The notes: generated from the sequence alone by a model not told the origin. 64,000 nucleotides of DNA from an uncultured virus (IMG/VR IMGVR_UViG_3300023179_005195) (IMGVR_UViG_3300023179_005195:1-64000); one strand, 5' to 3'; shown: positions 38,495 to 48,630, counted from the first letter of the stretch. Made by a program: numbers and translations.

Positions 38495-38842
38495 TTATGT
38501 TATTAATGGTTGTTGAGTGCGTCTTGCTGAAAAGAGTTTGTGTCCACGTTCTCTAATAATGTCTGCCATGGCCTGCGGATCTTCTGCCCAAGATCTACGC
38601 CAGAATTTTTCATCCATTTCCTTTTCACAGTCTATGGCATATATTTCATAATGCCGTTGGGCGTTGACCTGAGCACGAAGTATGAGATTGCGAACTATGA
38701 GGTCTAATGGATTACGCCGTCTAGGTTTATCTTTCAACATTTCCATTAGTTGCTGCTTGTCCCAGTGTTCGTATTCGGTAATGGGCACAATGCTTTCAAT
38801 ACCGAATTCATCCCAGGCAAAGATAAAAGCATTAGTTGTCAT
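38495..38842 (-). CDS. Hypothetical protein
   Basis: LRAQVNAQRHYEIYA motif. Confidence 0.7.
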   Translation of the reverse strand: MTTNAFIFAWDEFGIESIVPITEYEHWDKQQLMEMLKDKPRRRNPLDLIVRNLILRAQVNAQRHYEIYAIDCEKEMDEKFWRRSWAEDPQAMADIIRERGHKLFSARRTQQPLIT

Positions 38843-38845
38843 AAA

Positions 38846-39181
38846 TTACCAGTTTAAATTTTCTTGGTTGTGAGGGTCTTTAGGTTGTGTTACTTCTTCA
38901 TTAAGTTCTTGTTCACGCTGTTTGACCATGCGATATAGTGGCTCCATTTCTTTGGCAAAGTCATGAGGCATGTCTATGGTCATCTTTTCTAAATGGTAGT
39001 TATCGGGCCAGTGTCTCAATAACGAACGAGCACGTTCACGGATCACTCGTGGAACTTTTGGAGTTGCATGTGGACTAAGAAGTGTCATAAGAAACTTCTT
39101 AGTTTCAACGAGACTGCGATAACGTTCGTCTGCAAGTGTCACTGGTTTAAACCTCGAGTTTGCCAGCAGTCTTTTTTTCAC
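38846..39181 (-). CDS. Hypothetical protein
   Basis: Likely start at VTLADERY; TPKVPR...LRHWP. Confidence 0.65.
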   Translation of the reverse strand: MKKRLLANSRFKPVTLADERYRSLVETKKFLMTLLSPHATPKVPRVIRERARSLLRHWPDNYHLEKMTIDMPHDFAKEMEPLYRMVKQREQELNEEVTQPKDPHNQENLNW

Positions 39182-39677
39182 GATCTATAGCAGCCTGTAT
39201 GGCCTCACGGCAAAGTTGATTAAAGGTAATGTCTCGTTCGTGAGCCATTTTCATCAGAGCGAATAGTTCATCATCATCTAACTCTAACGGAAGAATGACA
39301 TCAGTGCTGTATTCCTTGTCAGCAACAATGCTACGGGCCTTTTCAATCCAATCTTCTTCAACTTCTAGGTCTGTAAAGTCAACATTGTCCCAGGCTTGAT
39401 TGTAGTAGTCTGCATGTTTGGTCTTACCATAGGTAATATAGGTTTCACGATGATCTGGATTGAGATAACGATATGCACGTTTACGCTTATAGTCACAGGC
39501 TTCTACTGAATAAACAGTTTGGTCACGAGTATCGAACACCATGTTAAAACTCCAACCATCGTGATCTCCATTCCATGCGCTGAGGTTGTAGGCATGCTCA
39601 CCAAAGCAGGTCCAACCAAATGTGTCACCTTCTGTGATACGATAGTTAACCACTTCTAAATAGTCTTTAATGTTCAT
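39147..39677 (-). CDS. Hypothetical protein with a C-terminal ribbon-helix-helix-like segment
   Basis: LELDDDELFALMKMAHERDITFNQL. Confidence 0.7.
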   Translation of the reverse strand: MNIKDYLEVVNYRITEGDTFGWTCFGEHAYNLSAWNGDHDGWSFNMVFDTRDQTVYSVEACDYKRKRAYRYLNPDHRETYITYGKTKHADYYNQAWDNVDFTDLEVEEDWIEKARSIVADKEYSTDVILPLELDDDELFALMKMAHERDITFNQLCREAIQAAIDREKKTAGKLEV

Positions 39678-39891
39678 AAGATTCCTTTGTGTAGTTTAGA
39701 TAATTTTGTGATGTTGACGTTCAAATCTAGTAGAAGCCTTACGCCATTTTATCTGTATAGGCCTAGGAGCATGTCTACTTTTATAGTGTAACATACTAAA
39801 CACATGAAGTAAATAGTCTTTGGGCGACCATTTAGATCTAGGTTGCCAGTTACTATGCTTAATACTAAATTTTCTATGAAGCTGTTGAGGT

Positions 39892-40179
39892 CTAAACTTC
39901 ATCCCTGGGTTTGAGTCCATTGCTGTGCCTATCGTTTGGAGTATCTGCGTCTTGAAATAGTCTGCGTTCTTGTGCAGTAGGTTCTTTAAATATTTTCCTT
40001 GGGTTAGCACACATATGACATTTAGGGTTACCGCAGTTGGTGGCATGATGTTTTGCTAACTTGTGAGGTTCTTCTACAGGAATATTATATGCTTTGGCTA
40101 TCTTAACCTGTTTAGCCACAGCATTTTCATCTTTTTGACGTCTAATACTGTTCTTGATTTTGTCTAATTGATTGCTCAT
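39892..40179 (-). CDS. Small Cys/His-cluster protein
   Basis: HHATNCGNPKCHMCANPR. Confidence 0.65.
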   Translation of the reverse strand: MSNQLDKIKNSIRRQKDENAVAKQVKIAKAYNIPVEEPHKLAKHHATNCGNPKCHMCANPRKIFKEPTAQERRLFQDADTPNDRHSNGLKPRDEV

Positions 40180-40308
40180 CGGCTAATACCTTTCTTTTCT
40201 TTTTGTCTTGAGCTTTAAGATCGTAATAAATTTTTGGTAAAGTCTCCGTACTAAACAACTTAGATTGGGTTATTCTTGGATCTGTTGTAAAAACTTGATT
40301 ATCTTGTT

Positions 40309-40533
40309 TCATTCTATCGGTTTGGTTAATAAAAAAAGAGCATCAGCACTGAGAGTTATAATTGCTGCTGGATGTACCTGAATAGGTACGTGAACAGGTG
40401 CATTTATATCAGTGTAACTTTTATTCAATGGAGCAGATCCTATATCGTTTACCAGTGTGTCTTGACTAAAAACCATGTAATCATACCTATGTATTAGACT
40501 AGGATAGTAATGGCTGATAGGTAATATGCGCAT
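40309..40533 (-). CDS. Hypothetical protein
   Basis: TAAATA (40538-40543) immediately upstream. Confidence 0.45.
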   Translation of the reverse strand: MRILPISHYYPSLIHRYDYMVFSQDTLVNDIGSAPLNKSYTDINAPVHVPIQVHPAAIITLSADALFLLTKPIE

Positions 40534-40554
40534 ATTGTATTTAAAAGATTATAA

Positions 40555-42528
40555 TTATTTGAATATATAATTATAAAATAATCCCATTTTATAAGAATCT
40601 GAAGAACCAGACCAAGATATGCCGATATTGCTTACATGTGATAAAGATCGTTTATAACTTAAAGATAGTATTGGCTTTATATTATTTTGAGCTAAATTTA
40701 TGCGCTCTTTTCCAATAACAGGTGATGCTGTAAAATTGCCTTCTGCATCTTCCTCATAAGTATATCCTGTTACTGCCGTAATCTGTGCATAGCCCTTAAC
40801 GATATGCACAGGATTAGCTATTTTCAATTGTAAAACATCTTGCTCATAAAATATATTATTAGATTTGAGCCCGACACTCCATGTTGCAGATCGTAATCCA
40901 GGTTCGGTATAAATCATGCTGTAAGTTGAATTCAAAATATCTGTCATACCTTGACCATAGTTTGCTACTAGATTAGTTGTATCAGTTAACTTTCTTTCTA
41001 TGCCTAACATCATCCAATTTGTATAACTACTGCCCAAGGATAGAGATCCATATCCAGAATTACCTAGATAGCCATTGAAATCTTGCTGATTACCTACCTG
41101 TAGGTTATAAAACCAGTTATGCTGATAAATGTTCAGTTCAGTAGCTAATCCATTATAAGACTTATGTATGGTTAAGTCTTTATTTTTATCAATCGGTAAT
41201 TTAATCATGCTAGAAAATGATAACCAAGGACTATCTGGATTATACACAACAGGTAATTTGGCAATAGCTCGAGTAAAGTCTGCTGTATAATTTCTATCAT
41301 AGCTGTCTATCACCTGAGCAGTCTTAAGTATATTGCTTGAAACCAGTAATGATGTAAAATTACCCTGACCTAATAATTTTGTTCCGTCAATATTATTAAT
41401 AACATTACTAGGTTGCGGTATATCGGATCCTAGTTTCATATTAGCAGAGGCTAGTTTTATTATACCTTGAGATTTAGCAGCATTGGCAAAGTCTACCATA
41501 CCTCTGCCATATATATTATCTGTGCCAGGAGCTCCGAGATCTTTAGTTGTACTCAATACTAATTTAACTAATTGTTCAGAGCGTAGTTGAGGCCATGCTT
41601 GCCTTAATAATGCTATACCACCAGTGACTAATGCTGCACTTTCACTGGTTCCAGATCCATAAATTGTAGAATTTCCTAAAGCCTGTGCCTGGGGAATTTT
41701 GTTTCCAGGTGCTACAACAAAAAAATCAGTAGTTTTAACAAGATCTAAGCAAGTATTAGCAACAGGCATTGAACAAATGTGGCCAGCTCTATTGCTAAAA
41801 GTGCTGATTGTTCCGTCATCAGAAACACTGCCTACCACTAACATTTTTCCACCTAAGATTAGATTACCGTAGATATCTAGTCTCGAAGCAAACTGCGCAG
41901 GAAAACTAGCATATGGTAATGATTGGTTGCCTGCGCTGATAACAATAATAGAATTACGGCCTGTTGCCACGGCCAATGAATCAGTCTTAGTTACAGTTCT
42001 TAGCAGAGATTGGTCTACAATATAAGTATTTGTCTTAGTATCATATCGGGCTGATTTAATAAAATTATCATCATATGCATACCCTAGACTAGCATTAATC
42101 ACAGAAGCACTCCATGAGCTAGCCCAATTTAGTGCTAAATTAAATGCTGCCGTGCTCATAAGTGGACTGTACTGGCCAGCGCCTATTTGCGCTAACCATA
42201 GATGTGATTCTGGCGCTACACCTACTACTCCACCATTGCCTGCCTTAGCTCCAATAATACTAGCCATGCCAGTTCCATGGCCTGCCCATTTAACATTACT
42301 AGTAAGATCATAAAAATTGCTTGCTTTCCAAAATCTTCCTTCAAGATCTTTATGATTTAAATCAAAACCGTTATCAATAACTGCAACTCTTACTCCAGAA
42401 CCTTTGTACCCATATTGCCAGACTGTGTCTATTCCTACGACCTTATAACTATTTGGTAAAGATTCTACCTGTGAATATGCTACTGAATTAAACAAAAGTA
42501 AAGCAGGCAAAAGTTTTTTTAAGTTCAC
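40555..42528 (-). CDS. Exported subtilisin-like (S8) serine protease with a putative C-terminal beta-barrel
   Basis: Signal peptide; VAVIDNG (Asp), HGTGMA (His), SAGN, SGTS (Ser); alternating beta-strand C-terminus ending YNYIFK. Confidence 0.85.
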   Translation of the reverse strand: MNLKKLLPALLLFNSVAYSQVESLPNSYKVVGIDTVWQYGYKGSGVRVAVIDNGFDLNHKDLEGRFWKASNFYDLTSNVKWAGHGTGMASIIGAKAGNGGVVGVAPESHLWLAQIGAGQYSPLMSTAAFNLALNWASSWSASVINASLGYAYDDNFIKSARYDTKTNTYIVDQSLLRTVTKTDSLAVATGRNSIIVISAGNQSLPYASFPAQFASRLDIYGNLILGGKMLVVGSVSDDGTISTFSNRAGHICSMPVANTCLDLVKTTDFFVVAPGNKIPQAQALGNSTIYGSGTSESAALVTGGIALLRQAWPQLRSEQLVKLVLSTTKDLGAPGTDNIYGRGMVDFANAAKSQGIIKLASANMKLGSDIPQPSNVINNIDGTKLLGQGNFTSLLVSSNILKTAQVIDSYDRNYTADFTRAIAKLPVVYNPDSPWLSFSSMIKLPIDKNKDLTIHKSYNGLATELNIYQHNWFYNLQVGNQQDFNGYLGNSGYGSLSLGSSYTNWMMLGIERKLTDTTNLVANYGQGMTDILNSTYSMIYTEPGLRSATWSVGLKSNNIFYEQDVLQLKIANPVHIVKGYAQITAVTGYTYEEDAEGNFTASPVIGKERINLAQNNIKPILSLSYKRSLSHVSNIGISWSGSSDSYKMGLFYNYIFK

Positions 42529-42561
42529 AGAACTTCCTTAATTATAAATTAATATAATTTT

Positions 42562-42590
42562 ATTATACAGATTTTTTATTTTAAAGTCAA
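42562..42590 (-). promoter_or_regulatory. sigma70 promoter for the subtilase
   Basis: TTGACT-17-TATAAT. Confidence 0.7.
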
Positions 42591-42913
42591 GGCCATACCC
42601 TATGACGTTCGGCTATCCATTCTCTACCATCGTATTCTTCTATACACCATTCTACATCATTGGGTATTTCTACAACCAAAAGTTCAGCAAATTCTCCAAA
42701 CGATTTTTCCTTTAACATCTCTACAGCTACTACGAGATCAGGATCATCCCGTGGAATATCATAATCAGTAATCTCTCCTCCATCTGGTGACATAAGTGAA
42801 TAATGTCTAGATTTCAAAATACGAGTCCATCCTTTACGATTAGCGATTTCAAGCATGGCTAAATCGCTCAAACCAAAACCACCAAAGCAACGATTAATAA
42901 CAATTTTGGTCAT
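42587..42913 (-). CDS. Conserved phage hypothetical protein
   Basis: KIVINRCFGGFGLS...RDDPDLV...EYDGREW. Confidence 0.75.
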   Translation of the reverse strand: MTKIVINRCFGGFGLSDLAMLEIANRKGWTRILKSRHYSLMSPDGGEITDYDIPRDDPDLVVAVEMLKEKSFGEFAELLVVEIPNDVEWCIEEYDGREWIAERHRVWP

Positions 42914-43359
42914 GCTGTTTCCTTCAAATATTTCCAACCTGTAAATTGTTCCCACTCTGATTCCAAGGCTTGAATCTGTTTGCGCATTTCTGTCTGCTTC
43001 CAGTTACGCCATTCTTGAGCGATTCGAGCAGTTTTTTCACTCTGCACCACATCTGCCACAAAGCCATCAATGCTACCATAGGTCACGGCCCGTCGAATCC
43101 ACTCGTGATCCACCAGCATACTCTTTGAGTAGTCAAAGCCCCAATGACCGTTATCCACTTCGATCTGTGCGTTAAGTTCATCTTTACGAGTAAAACTTTT
43201 AGGCCCACCCAAGCAACTAAGCACACGGAATTTATCACCTTCCTTGTTCACTATGACAAAGTAGGGACAGAACATTTCGTGCCAATAGTCTCCAATCTGT
43301 GGAAATGCCAAGGCTTTTTGATTTTTCAAGTCTTGTTCTCTAATTTGTTCATTAGTCAT
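42910..43359 (-). CDS. Hypothetical protein
   Basis: PQIGDYWHEMF; ATGA overlap with the next gene. Confidence 0.7.
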   Translation of the reverse strand: MTNEQIREQDLKNQKALAFPQIGDYWHEMFCPYFVIVNKEGDKFRVLSCLGGPKSFTRKDELNAQIEVDNGHWGFDYSKSMLVDHEWIRRAVTYGSIDGFVADVVQSEKTARIAQEWRNWKQTEMRKQIQALESEWEQFTGWKYLKETA

Positions 43360-43536
43360 TTTCTATCTGCTATTAGTGTCAAAATAATTAGTAACCCAAA
43401 AAATATCACGATTGAGATATTAATAACGATGTCTAAAGTGTTCATTTAAATTTACTATATTTCCAAAGGAATACAAATATTAACAATATTAATACAAAAA
43501 ATAACGCATTACCTATCATTACCTCAATAGTATCCA

Positions 43537-43965
43537 CTACAGCCCTTCCTCTCTTTTCCAACTGTAATCAGCTAAACATTGCCTAGGAGTAATTTTTTTA
43601 TCTACAGTAATTACTACAATATATTCACACATTCTTTTTAAAAGTTCTGTATGAGCCTGTATTCTCTTTTCTAACTGTTTATTGGCTGTGATAAGTGTTT
43701 CTTGTTCTGTAATTAATTTTTTGTTTTGTAATATTTGTTTTTGTAGTTCTAAGTTATTTTCTAAAGTTGTTTTTTCTAATTTGTCTAATTTAGTGTTTAA
43801 TACAGATAATTCATTTGCAGTTTGATCAATATTTTTAACTTCGTTCAAATATATAGTTTTATAAATTGTAAAAATTACTGCAAAAAATAAAATTATAAAA
43901 TAGATAAACATCCAATATTTTTGAGTATTTCTACACCGTGAGAAAAGATTTTTTATGAAATTCAT
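43537..43965 (-). CDS. TM-anchored coiled-coil protein
   Basis: One TM helix followed by heptad repeats. Confidence 0.65.
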   Translation of the reverse strand: MNFIKNLFSRCRNTQKYWMFIYFIILFFAVIFTIYKTIYLNEVKNIDQTANELSVLNTKLDKLEKTTLENNLELQKQILQNKKLITEQETLITANKQLEKRIQAHTELLKRMCEYIVVITVDKKITPRQCLADYSWKREEGL

Positions 43966-44095
43966 TATTCTATCTCTATTTCAACTTTAGTTTTAGGTGC
44001 AATATATGGCTGAACTACATAAGCATCTGCCACACCCCAACCTATGGCTGTAAAAAACCCTACAGCAACTAATTTTAGTATCCACATATTATATC

Positions 44096-44341
44096 CTAAG
44101 TTTTAGTATCACATACATCAGATTTAAATTCTTTATAATCCAACAACATACGGCTACATCTTCCATCGATTTTGGAAAATGTTTTTTCTTTGTTTGAACG
44201 TAATCGATCTTCCATCGTTCCTAGTTCTTGGCGACATTCTTCATCGCTCCTTAGAGGATTAGATGTAGTTATCATACCACAGTCGTTTCCGCTACAGAAA
44301 TATATAATTGCAGTATAAAGTGCAAGTTTTTCAATTATCAT
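44096..44341 (-). CDS. Small Cys-rich exported-like protein
   Basis: Hydrophobic N-terminus; five Cys. Confidence 0.55.
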   Translation of the reverse strand: MIIEKLALYTAIIYFCSGNDCGMITTSNPLRSDEECRQELGTMEDRLRSNKEKTFSKIDGRCSRMLLDYKEFKSDVCDTKT

Positions 44342-44497
44342 TATGATGCTCTTTATTTTCGTCTAAATGGTGATTTAAAATTCTGGCTATTTTTTCTAAC
44401 TCATGTATTACACCAAGTCCAATCATTGCTATTACAAATAGCATAACTCCTTCTTGAAACCAACTCATAATATCTCCTATGTATAGTATATTTCTTT

Positions 44498-44526
44498 ACT
44501 ATAATATAAATCCGTATTTGTGTCAA
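44498..44526 (-). promoter_or_regulatory. sigma70 promoter
   Basis: TTGACA-17-TATAGT; SD AGGAG downstream. Confidence 0.7.
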
Positions 44527-44556
44527 TGTTAAATGAGAAAATAAAAAAACTATAGA

Positions 44557-44757
44557 TTAGGCCTTAAAATTTACCAATACCTGTAGGCATTCCCACTGCC
44601 CCCAAGTGTATGAAACAATACGATTGTTTATAGTCACATCAAATCCTTCACCATTGTGCCATTCGCAGACTTCCATAAAGTCATCTTTGTCGGCAAATGG
44701 ATCATATGGCTTTAGTTCAGCAAAACGAGCCTTGCGGTTGTAAGTATCAATAGTCAT
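44557..44757 (-). CDS. Hypothetical protein
   Basis: DFMEVCEWHNGEGFDV motif. Confidence 0.65.
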   Translation of the reverse strand: MTIDTYNRKARFAELKPYDPFADKDDFMEVCEWHNGEGFDVTINNRIVSYTWGQWECLQVLVNFKA

Positions 44758-44994
44758 TTATTTTTCCAGTCCAAAATGGTTTTTTAGTATAAAGCCACAA
44801 GTCACCTGTGGAGTAGTAACGTTGACAATTCTATTATCACAATCCAATCTGTTAGCACATTCGTTTATTATTAGTTCTGCGAATCGAATTAGGTCAATTA
44901 AACTGGGTTCACTATGAACTCCATATTTAGGAGCAGCATATTCAGTTCTCAGCACATTTGCTTCACGAGCCAGTTCTATAATTTTGCCATTCAT
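44758..44994 (-). CDS. MN..I.ELA / FAELI..EC / HFG family paralog
   Basis: Shared N-terminal, central and C-terminal boxes. Confidence 0.7.
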   Translation of the reverse strand: MNGKIIELAREANVLRTEYAAPKYGVHSEPSLIDLIRFAELIINECANRLDCDNRIVNVTTPQVTCGFILKNHFGLEK

Positions 44995-45230
44995 TGTTCA
45001 ATTCCAAAATGTCTTTTAATTTTTTTAGCACTGCGACGATAGAACTTTTCTTCCACATCATAGTCTATCTCCGGTGCCATGGAATCAGGTTCAAGTGCTA
45101 ATAGGCAATCTTGTATAATGAGGTCAGCAAACTTTTCTATAGCCCTGTGATCATAGTCGTCCATGCTATCCCAACAACCCTGGGCGGTTAGTCCTGCTCG
45201 ATACATTAAATCCTCTAGGCGATTGTTCAT
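44991..45230 (-). CDS. MN..I.ELA / FAELI..EC / HFG family paralog
   Basis: EKFADLIIQDC...IKRHFGIE. Confidence 0.7.
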   Translation of the reverse strand: MNNRLEDLMYRAGLTAQGCWDSMDDYDHRAIEKFADLIIQDCLLALEPDSMAPEIDYDVEEKFYRRSAKKIKRHFGIEQ

Positions 45231-45231
45231 A

Positions 45232-45546
45232 TTACCAATCTCTGTGGTCAGTTATTGTCACAGTAAATTCACCATCTGTGTCTTTGTGAGTAATCTGGAA
45301 GGTGGCTCTAAGTTCATAACCAATACCAGAGTCTTCATCATTTTGCGTAAGAAGGACAAATCCAACATTACCGGTTTGGTGTATGGTATCAAACAGTTCT
45401 TTAATTCGTTCTACTTCTCTCTTACATAATCTAATAGTGTTCATTCTTCTAATCCTAATTCTTTTTGCCAGCCCCAAACAAAACCAGTGACAAAACCTAT
45501 CACATAACAGGCCAGCAGTGCCAAACCAATCTCGTTCATTCTTCAA
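45232..45546 (-). CDS. Hypothetical protein
   Basis: Co-oriented ORF; start uncertain. Confidence 0.55.
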   Translation of the reverse strand: MKNERDWFGTAGLLCDRFCHWFCLGLAKRIRIRRMNTIRLCKREVERIKELFDTIHQTGNVGFVLLTQNDEDSGIGYELRATFQITHKDTDGEFTVTITDHRDW

Positions 45547-45769
45547 CTCCGAAATGTAGTCTAATCGCTAGCCCACAAGTTCTACTTCCGCGATGGATGT
45601 AATTCTCATCGGCGACATTAGCACATTCTTCTACAATCAACTCGGCGAACTTTTCTAAGTCAACCTTAATGCTGCTATAGTAATCACCATTCTTCAAAGC
45701 ATCGTAAGGGTCGCATAGACTGTCATAAATGCCGCTAGAAACGGCTAATTCTTCAATACGTTTATTCAT
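45536..45769 (-). CDS. MN..I.ELA / FAELI..EC / HFG family paralog
   Basis: MNKRIEELA...EKFAELIVEEC...HFGVEE. Confidence 0.7.
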   Translation of the reverse strand: MNKRIEELAVSSGIYDSLCDPYDALKNGDYYSSIKVDLEKFAELIVEECANVADENYIHRGSRTCGLAIRLHFGVEE

Positions 45770-45995
45770 AATCTAGTTCCAAGAAATTAGTGGTCTCGGG
45801 CATGAGTTGTATGGTAGAGGTAGTGTTGTTTTTCTGAAGATCAGTAAGAATGGAGCCAGTAAGATAATTTGTACGATACGAGTTCTTATGAACTCTGTAA
45901 CGACTACCACTTGACCCAGTAAACACCAGGAAATCGCCATCTGCATTTACTTTCAATCCAGCCTGTCGAGCAAGTTCTCGAATTCGTTCGTTCAT
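45762..45995 (-). CDS. Chimeric-looking ORF with the family N-terminus only
   Basis: MNERIRELARQAG followed by an unrelated FTGSSGSRYRVHK segment. Confidence 0.6.
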   Translation of the reverse strand: MNERIRELARQAGLKVNADGDFLVFTGSSGSRYRVHKNSYRTNYLTGSILTDLQKNNTTSTIQLMPETTNFLELDYE

Positions 45996-46106
45996 TCCTT
46001 ATCTCCATATAGAGCATGATGTAATCTTTCCATTCTTTCAGCCGCCATAATCAATAACATCTTCAATGCTATGTTATCTTGGCTTTCACTGGCCTTACGC
46101 AGGGTA

Positions 46107-46340
46107 TTAATTAGTTCTTGATTGGTCATATTTCTCTACCTCTAACTCTACAAGTTTAGTATAATAGGCATCCCTATATATGGCACCCGCTATGACTAAA
46201 ACAAACATTAATGTAACCACAACGAACAAATAAAATAGATCGATGTAGCCTATAACAAATAAGGTGGCTATGATGCTGATGTATACCAAGATTAACTTTA
46301 GGGCATACCACCTTGCCTGTCGTTCAAAATCACTGTTCAT
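46107..46340 (-). CDS. Two-TM membrane protein
   Basis: Two hydrophobic helices. Confidence 0.65.
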   Translation of the reverse strand: MNSDFERQARWYALKLILVYISIIATLFVIGYIDLFYLFVVVTLMFVLVIAGAIYRDAYYTKLVELEVEKYDQSRTN

Positions 46341-46546
46341 TTCTCTAATCCAAAGTGTTTACGAATACGATATTTGGCCCAATCACCGTCACTGTATTGA
46401 CCACGGTCATATAGTTGTGAGCAGCATTCTTCTACAATCAATTCAGCAAACCTACTCATAAAGTTTTCTTTAGTCTGCCAACTTGTGTCAGCCTGTTCAT
46501 GACTTGATGCTGCCTTGTTCCAAATGGCTTTAACTATTTCGTTCAT
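46337..46546 (-). CDS. MN..I.ELA / FAELI..EC / HFG family paralog
   Basis: SRFAELIVEEC...IRKHFGLEK; start MNEIVK. Confidence 0.7.
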   Translation of the reverse strand: MNEIVKAIWNKAASSHEQADTSWQTKENFMSRFAELIVEECCSQLYDRGQYSDGDWAKYRIRKHFGLEK

Positions 46547-46565
46547 AATACTTCTCCCAACAAGG

Positions 46566-46778
46566 TCACACACCGTATCGTTTTTTAATCTCTTCCGAAA
46601 CTGCTTTTACAGCCCGTTCCCAACCTTCATCATCGCCCATCCATTTGACCTTGGCGAATTCTGCGGTAAGGTCTTTGACGATGTGTTTGACAATAGCATT
46701 TGGAAAAGCATCTCCGGGGTAGGCAAGATCAATATCTCTAGCGGCTCGTTCTGCTAATGACCTAAGATGACTGTTCAT
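46566..46778 (-). CDS. Distant member of the short paralog family
   Basis: MNSHLRSLAERA...IKKRYGV. Confidence 0.55.
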   Translation of the reverse strand: MNSHLRSLAERAARDIDLAYPGDAFPNAIVKHIVKDLTAEFAKVKWMGDDEGWERAVKAVSEEIKKRYGV

Positions 46779-47118
46779 CTGGTAATTTGCCTTCTTTAAT
46801 TATTTTCATTAATTGTTTGTTGCGTAGATCTTGTTCTTTGCGTTCTCTATTTTTGTCATGTTTGACACCAAACAGCATACGATCATATCTACGAGCCCAC
46901 TCCAAGCCCATGAGCCACGATTCTAACTCTGAGAGTGTGCCTACAAATACCTCGGCATCACGACTGAATACAGGTAGACTTTCCAAATCTTTGGGCTTTA
47001 GGGCGACTACATCACCAAATTCTTTACTATATATGCGAGCATGGCACATGGTAAAGCCCAATCTATCACACTCTGTTTCCAGATGTTTGACTTTACGAAC
47101 TAAGGTATAACCACTCAT
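46762..47118 (-). CDS. Hypothetical protein
   Basis: LPVFSRDAEVFVG...GLEWARRYD. Confidence 0.7.
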   Translation of the reverse strand: MSGYTLVRKVKHLETECDRLGFTMCHARIYSKEFGDVVALKPKDLESLPVFSRDAEVFVGTLSELESWLMGLEWARRYDRMLFGVKHDKNRERKEQDLRNKQLMKIIKEGKLPDEQSS

Positions 47119-47127
47119 TGTTGTCTC

Positions 47128-48309
47128 TTATTTAAAAACTTTTAAAATTACGGTATCTTCATTTAATCTGCCATTTAACTTAATTGCAGTGGTTTTAATT
47201 ACTTTATCAAACCAATTTTCTACTCTTTTTTGGGTGTTCAATTCCTTGAGCTCTTTTAACTGTTCTAAAGGTTTACGTAACGTTTTTTGTACACTTTTTT
47301 CTGTAAAGTTTTCAAGAGTAGTTCCTTTAACAGATAGTCCTTCTAAGTTTTTAGCTATATAATAACCCATTTTACGTGTTTTTACATTATAAATCAATAC
47401 ACTTTGCGATTTAATAATTTGTCCAGGGGGAACACTAACAATACCAAGTTTGTCATCACTGGTTTTAAATTTAAGTTTTTTAACTAGATCTTCTGCAGGT
47501 TTGACTTTTTTAGCACGCGGTTTTTTGTTAATTTTTGCCTCTGCACTAATTTGGTCACAACTATCCATTATAATTTGGTAAAATTCTATTAACTTCTTTA
47601 CATGTTTACGTGGCAGATGCTTATATGCTTCTCGCAATTGTTCGTCAGCTTGGCCAGAGGCAAGTTCCAACAATTCAGAATGACCAAATTCATAAAACCC
47701 CTTTATATATCTAGCATGAGCACTTTTTACACCTTTACCGCGGAATACCTTGACTAAACTAAATTGTTTTGGGTCAAAAGCCTCTGGATTAGTAATAAAT
47801 GAATCGATAGCAATATCTATTTCTTCCGCCATTGCTCCTGCTTGTTCTCTTATACGATCTTGTATAGTAACAATTGGGTTATGAACTTTTACAACCGTCG
47901 TTTCACGTTCTTCTTCAAAATCTCCAGTGTTAATTACCTCCATTATCTGGGCCTTTAACCATATTCCGCTATCTTTACCATTATTGAATTCAGGATGTAA
48001 AGCTGGCATGCCACGCATCATACAAGATGCTAGAGCACACATGGTCATTCCGCTACGAGAATCTTTGGTTTTTTTGTATTGGGCTATTGTTTCTTTTGTA
48101 AACCCTTCACGAGCCATCCAATTAATTACCTGTGGTTTTAGGTCCTTACTGGTTTTATTTTGGCTATACCACATCATAGAATCACGAAAATGTTTGGTGA
48201 ATTTCTCGCCTGACCAAGCATCTGAACCATCCCATTTTGGGCTGTTATCTTTATTTGCTTTGGTTAAGGCAGCATGGTTTTTAACACGCTTGGCAGTAGT
48301 TGTAGCCAC
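47128..48309 (-). CDS. Conserved large-phage hypothetical protein
   Basis: LSVKGTTL, KTLRKP, NGRLNEDTVIL; own promoter and SD AGGAG. Confidence 0.8.
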   Translation of the reverse strand: MATTTAKRVKNHAALTKANKDNSPKWDGSDAWSGEKFTKHFRDSMMWYSQNKTSKDLKPQVINWMAREGFTKETIAQYKKTKDSRSGMTMCALASCMMRGMPALHPEFNNGKDSGIWLKAQIMEVINTGDFEEERETTVVKVHNPIVTIQDRIREQAGAMAEEIDIAIDSFITNPEAFDPKQFSLVKVFRGKGVKSAHARYIKGFYEFGHSELLELASGQADEQLREAYKHLPRKHVKKLIEFYQIIMDSCDQISAEAKINKKPRAKKVKPAEDLVKKLKFKTSDDKLGIVSVPPGQIIKSQSVLIYNVKTRKMGYYIAKNLEGLSVKGTTLENFTEKSVQKTLRKPLEQLKELKELNTQKRVENWFDKVIKTTAIKLNGRLNEDTVILKVFK

Positions 48310-48339
48310 AAATTGCTCCTAAAAATTTACTATACTTAT

Positions 48340-48368
48340 AGTATACTATCATTTTTAGGAGATGTCAA
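48340..48368 (-). promoter_or_regulatory. sigma70 promoter
   Basis: TTGACA-17-TATACT. Confidence 0.72.
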
Positions 48369-48630
48369 TGTTATACTTGTTCAATATTTCAGAAAATTTA
48401 AGTATAAACATGGTTTTCTTTTTAGTGTCGTAAAAATCCAACACTATATATTCATTAAAATGAACCATATTAGGTTCCCAATCTCTGTAAGTTCTAACGG
48501 TAAACCCTAATACCTCTTTCATTTTATTTCTTAAAAGAATTACACTAGATGGATACTCTTTAGATAACCTTTTGTGTATAACTGGCCAAACACTTAACGG
48601 TAAACAGATACTTTTAATTGTTTGATTCAA
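48355..48630 (-). CDS. Hypothetical protein
   Basis: LGFTVR...LDFYD...TMFILKF. Confidence 0.65.
   Translation of the reverse strand: MNQTIKSICLPLSVWPVIHKRLSKEYPSSVILLRNKMKEVLGFTVRTYRDWEPNMVHFNEYIVLDFYDTKKKTMFILKFSEILNKYNIDIS

Noticed and set aside
39696..40046. 116-aa minus-strand ORF
   Set aside because: It overlaps 39892..40179 in another frame; at most its 3' part encodes a short peptide.
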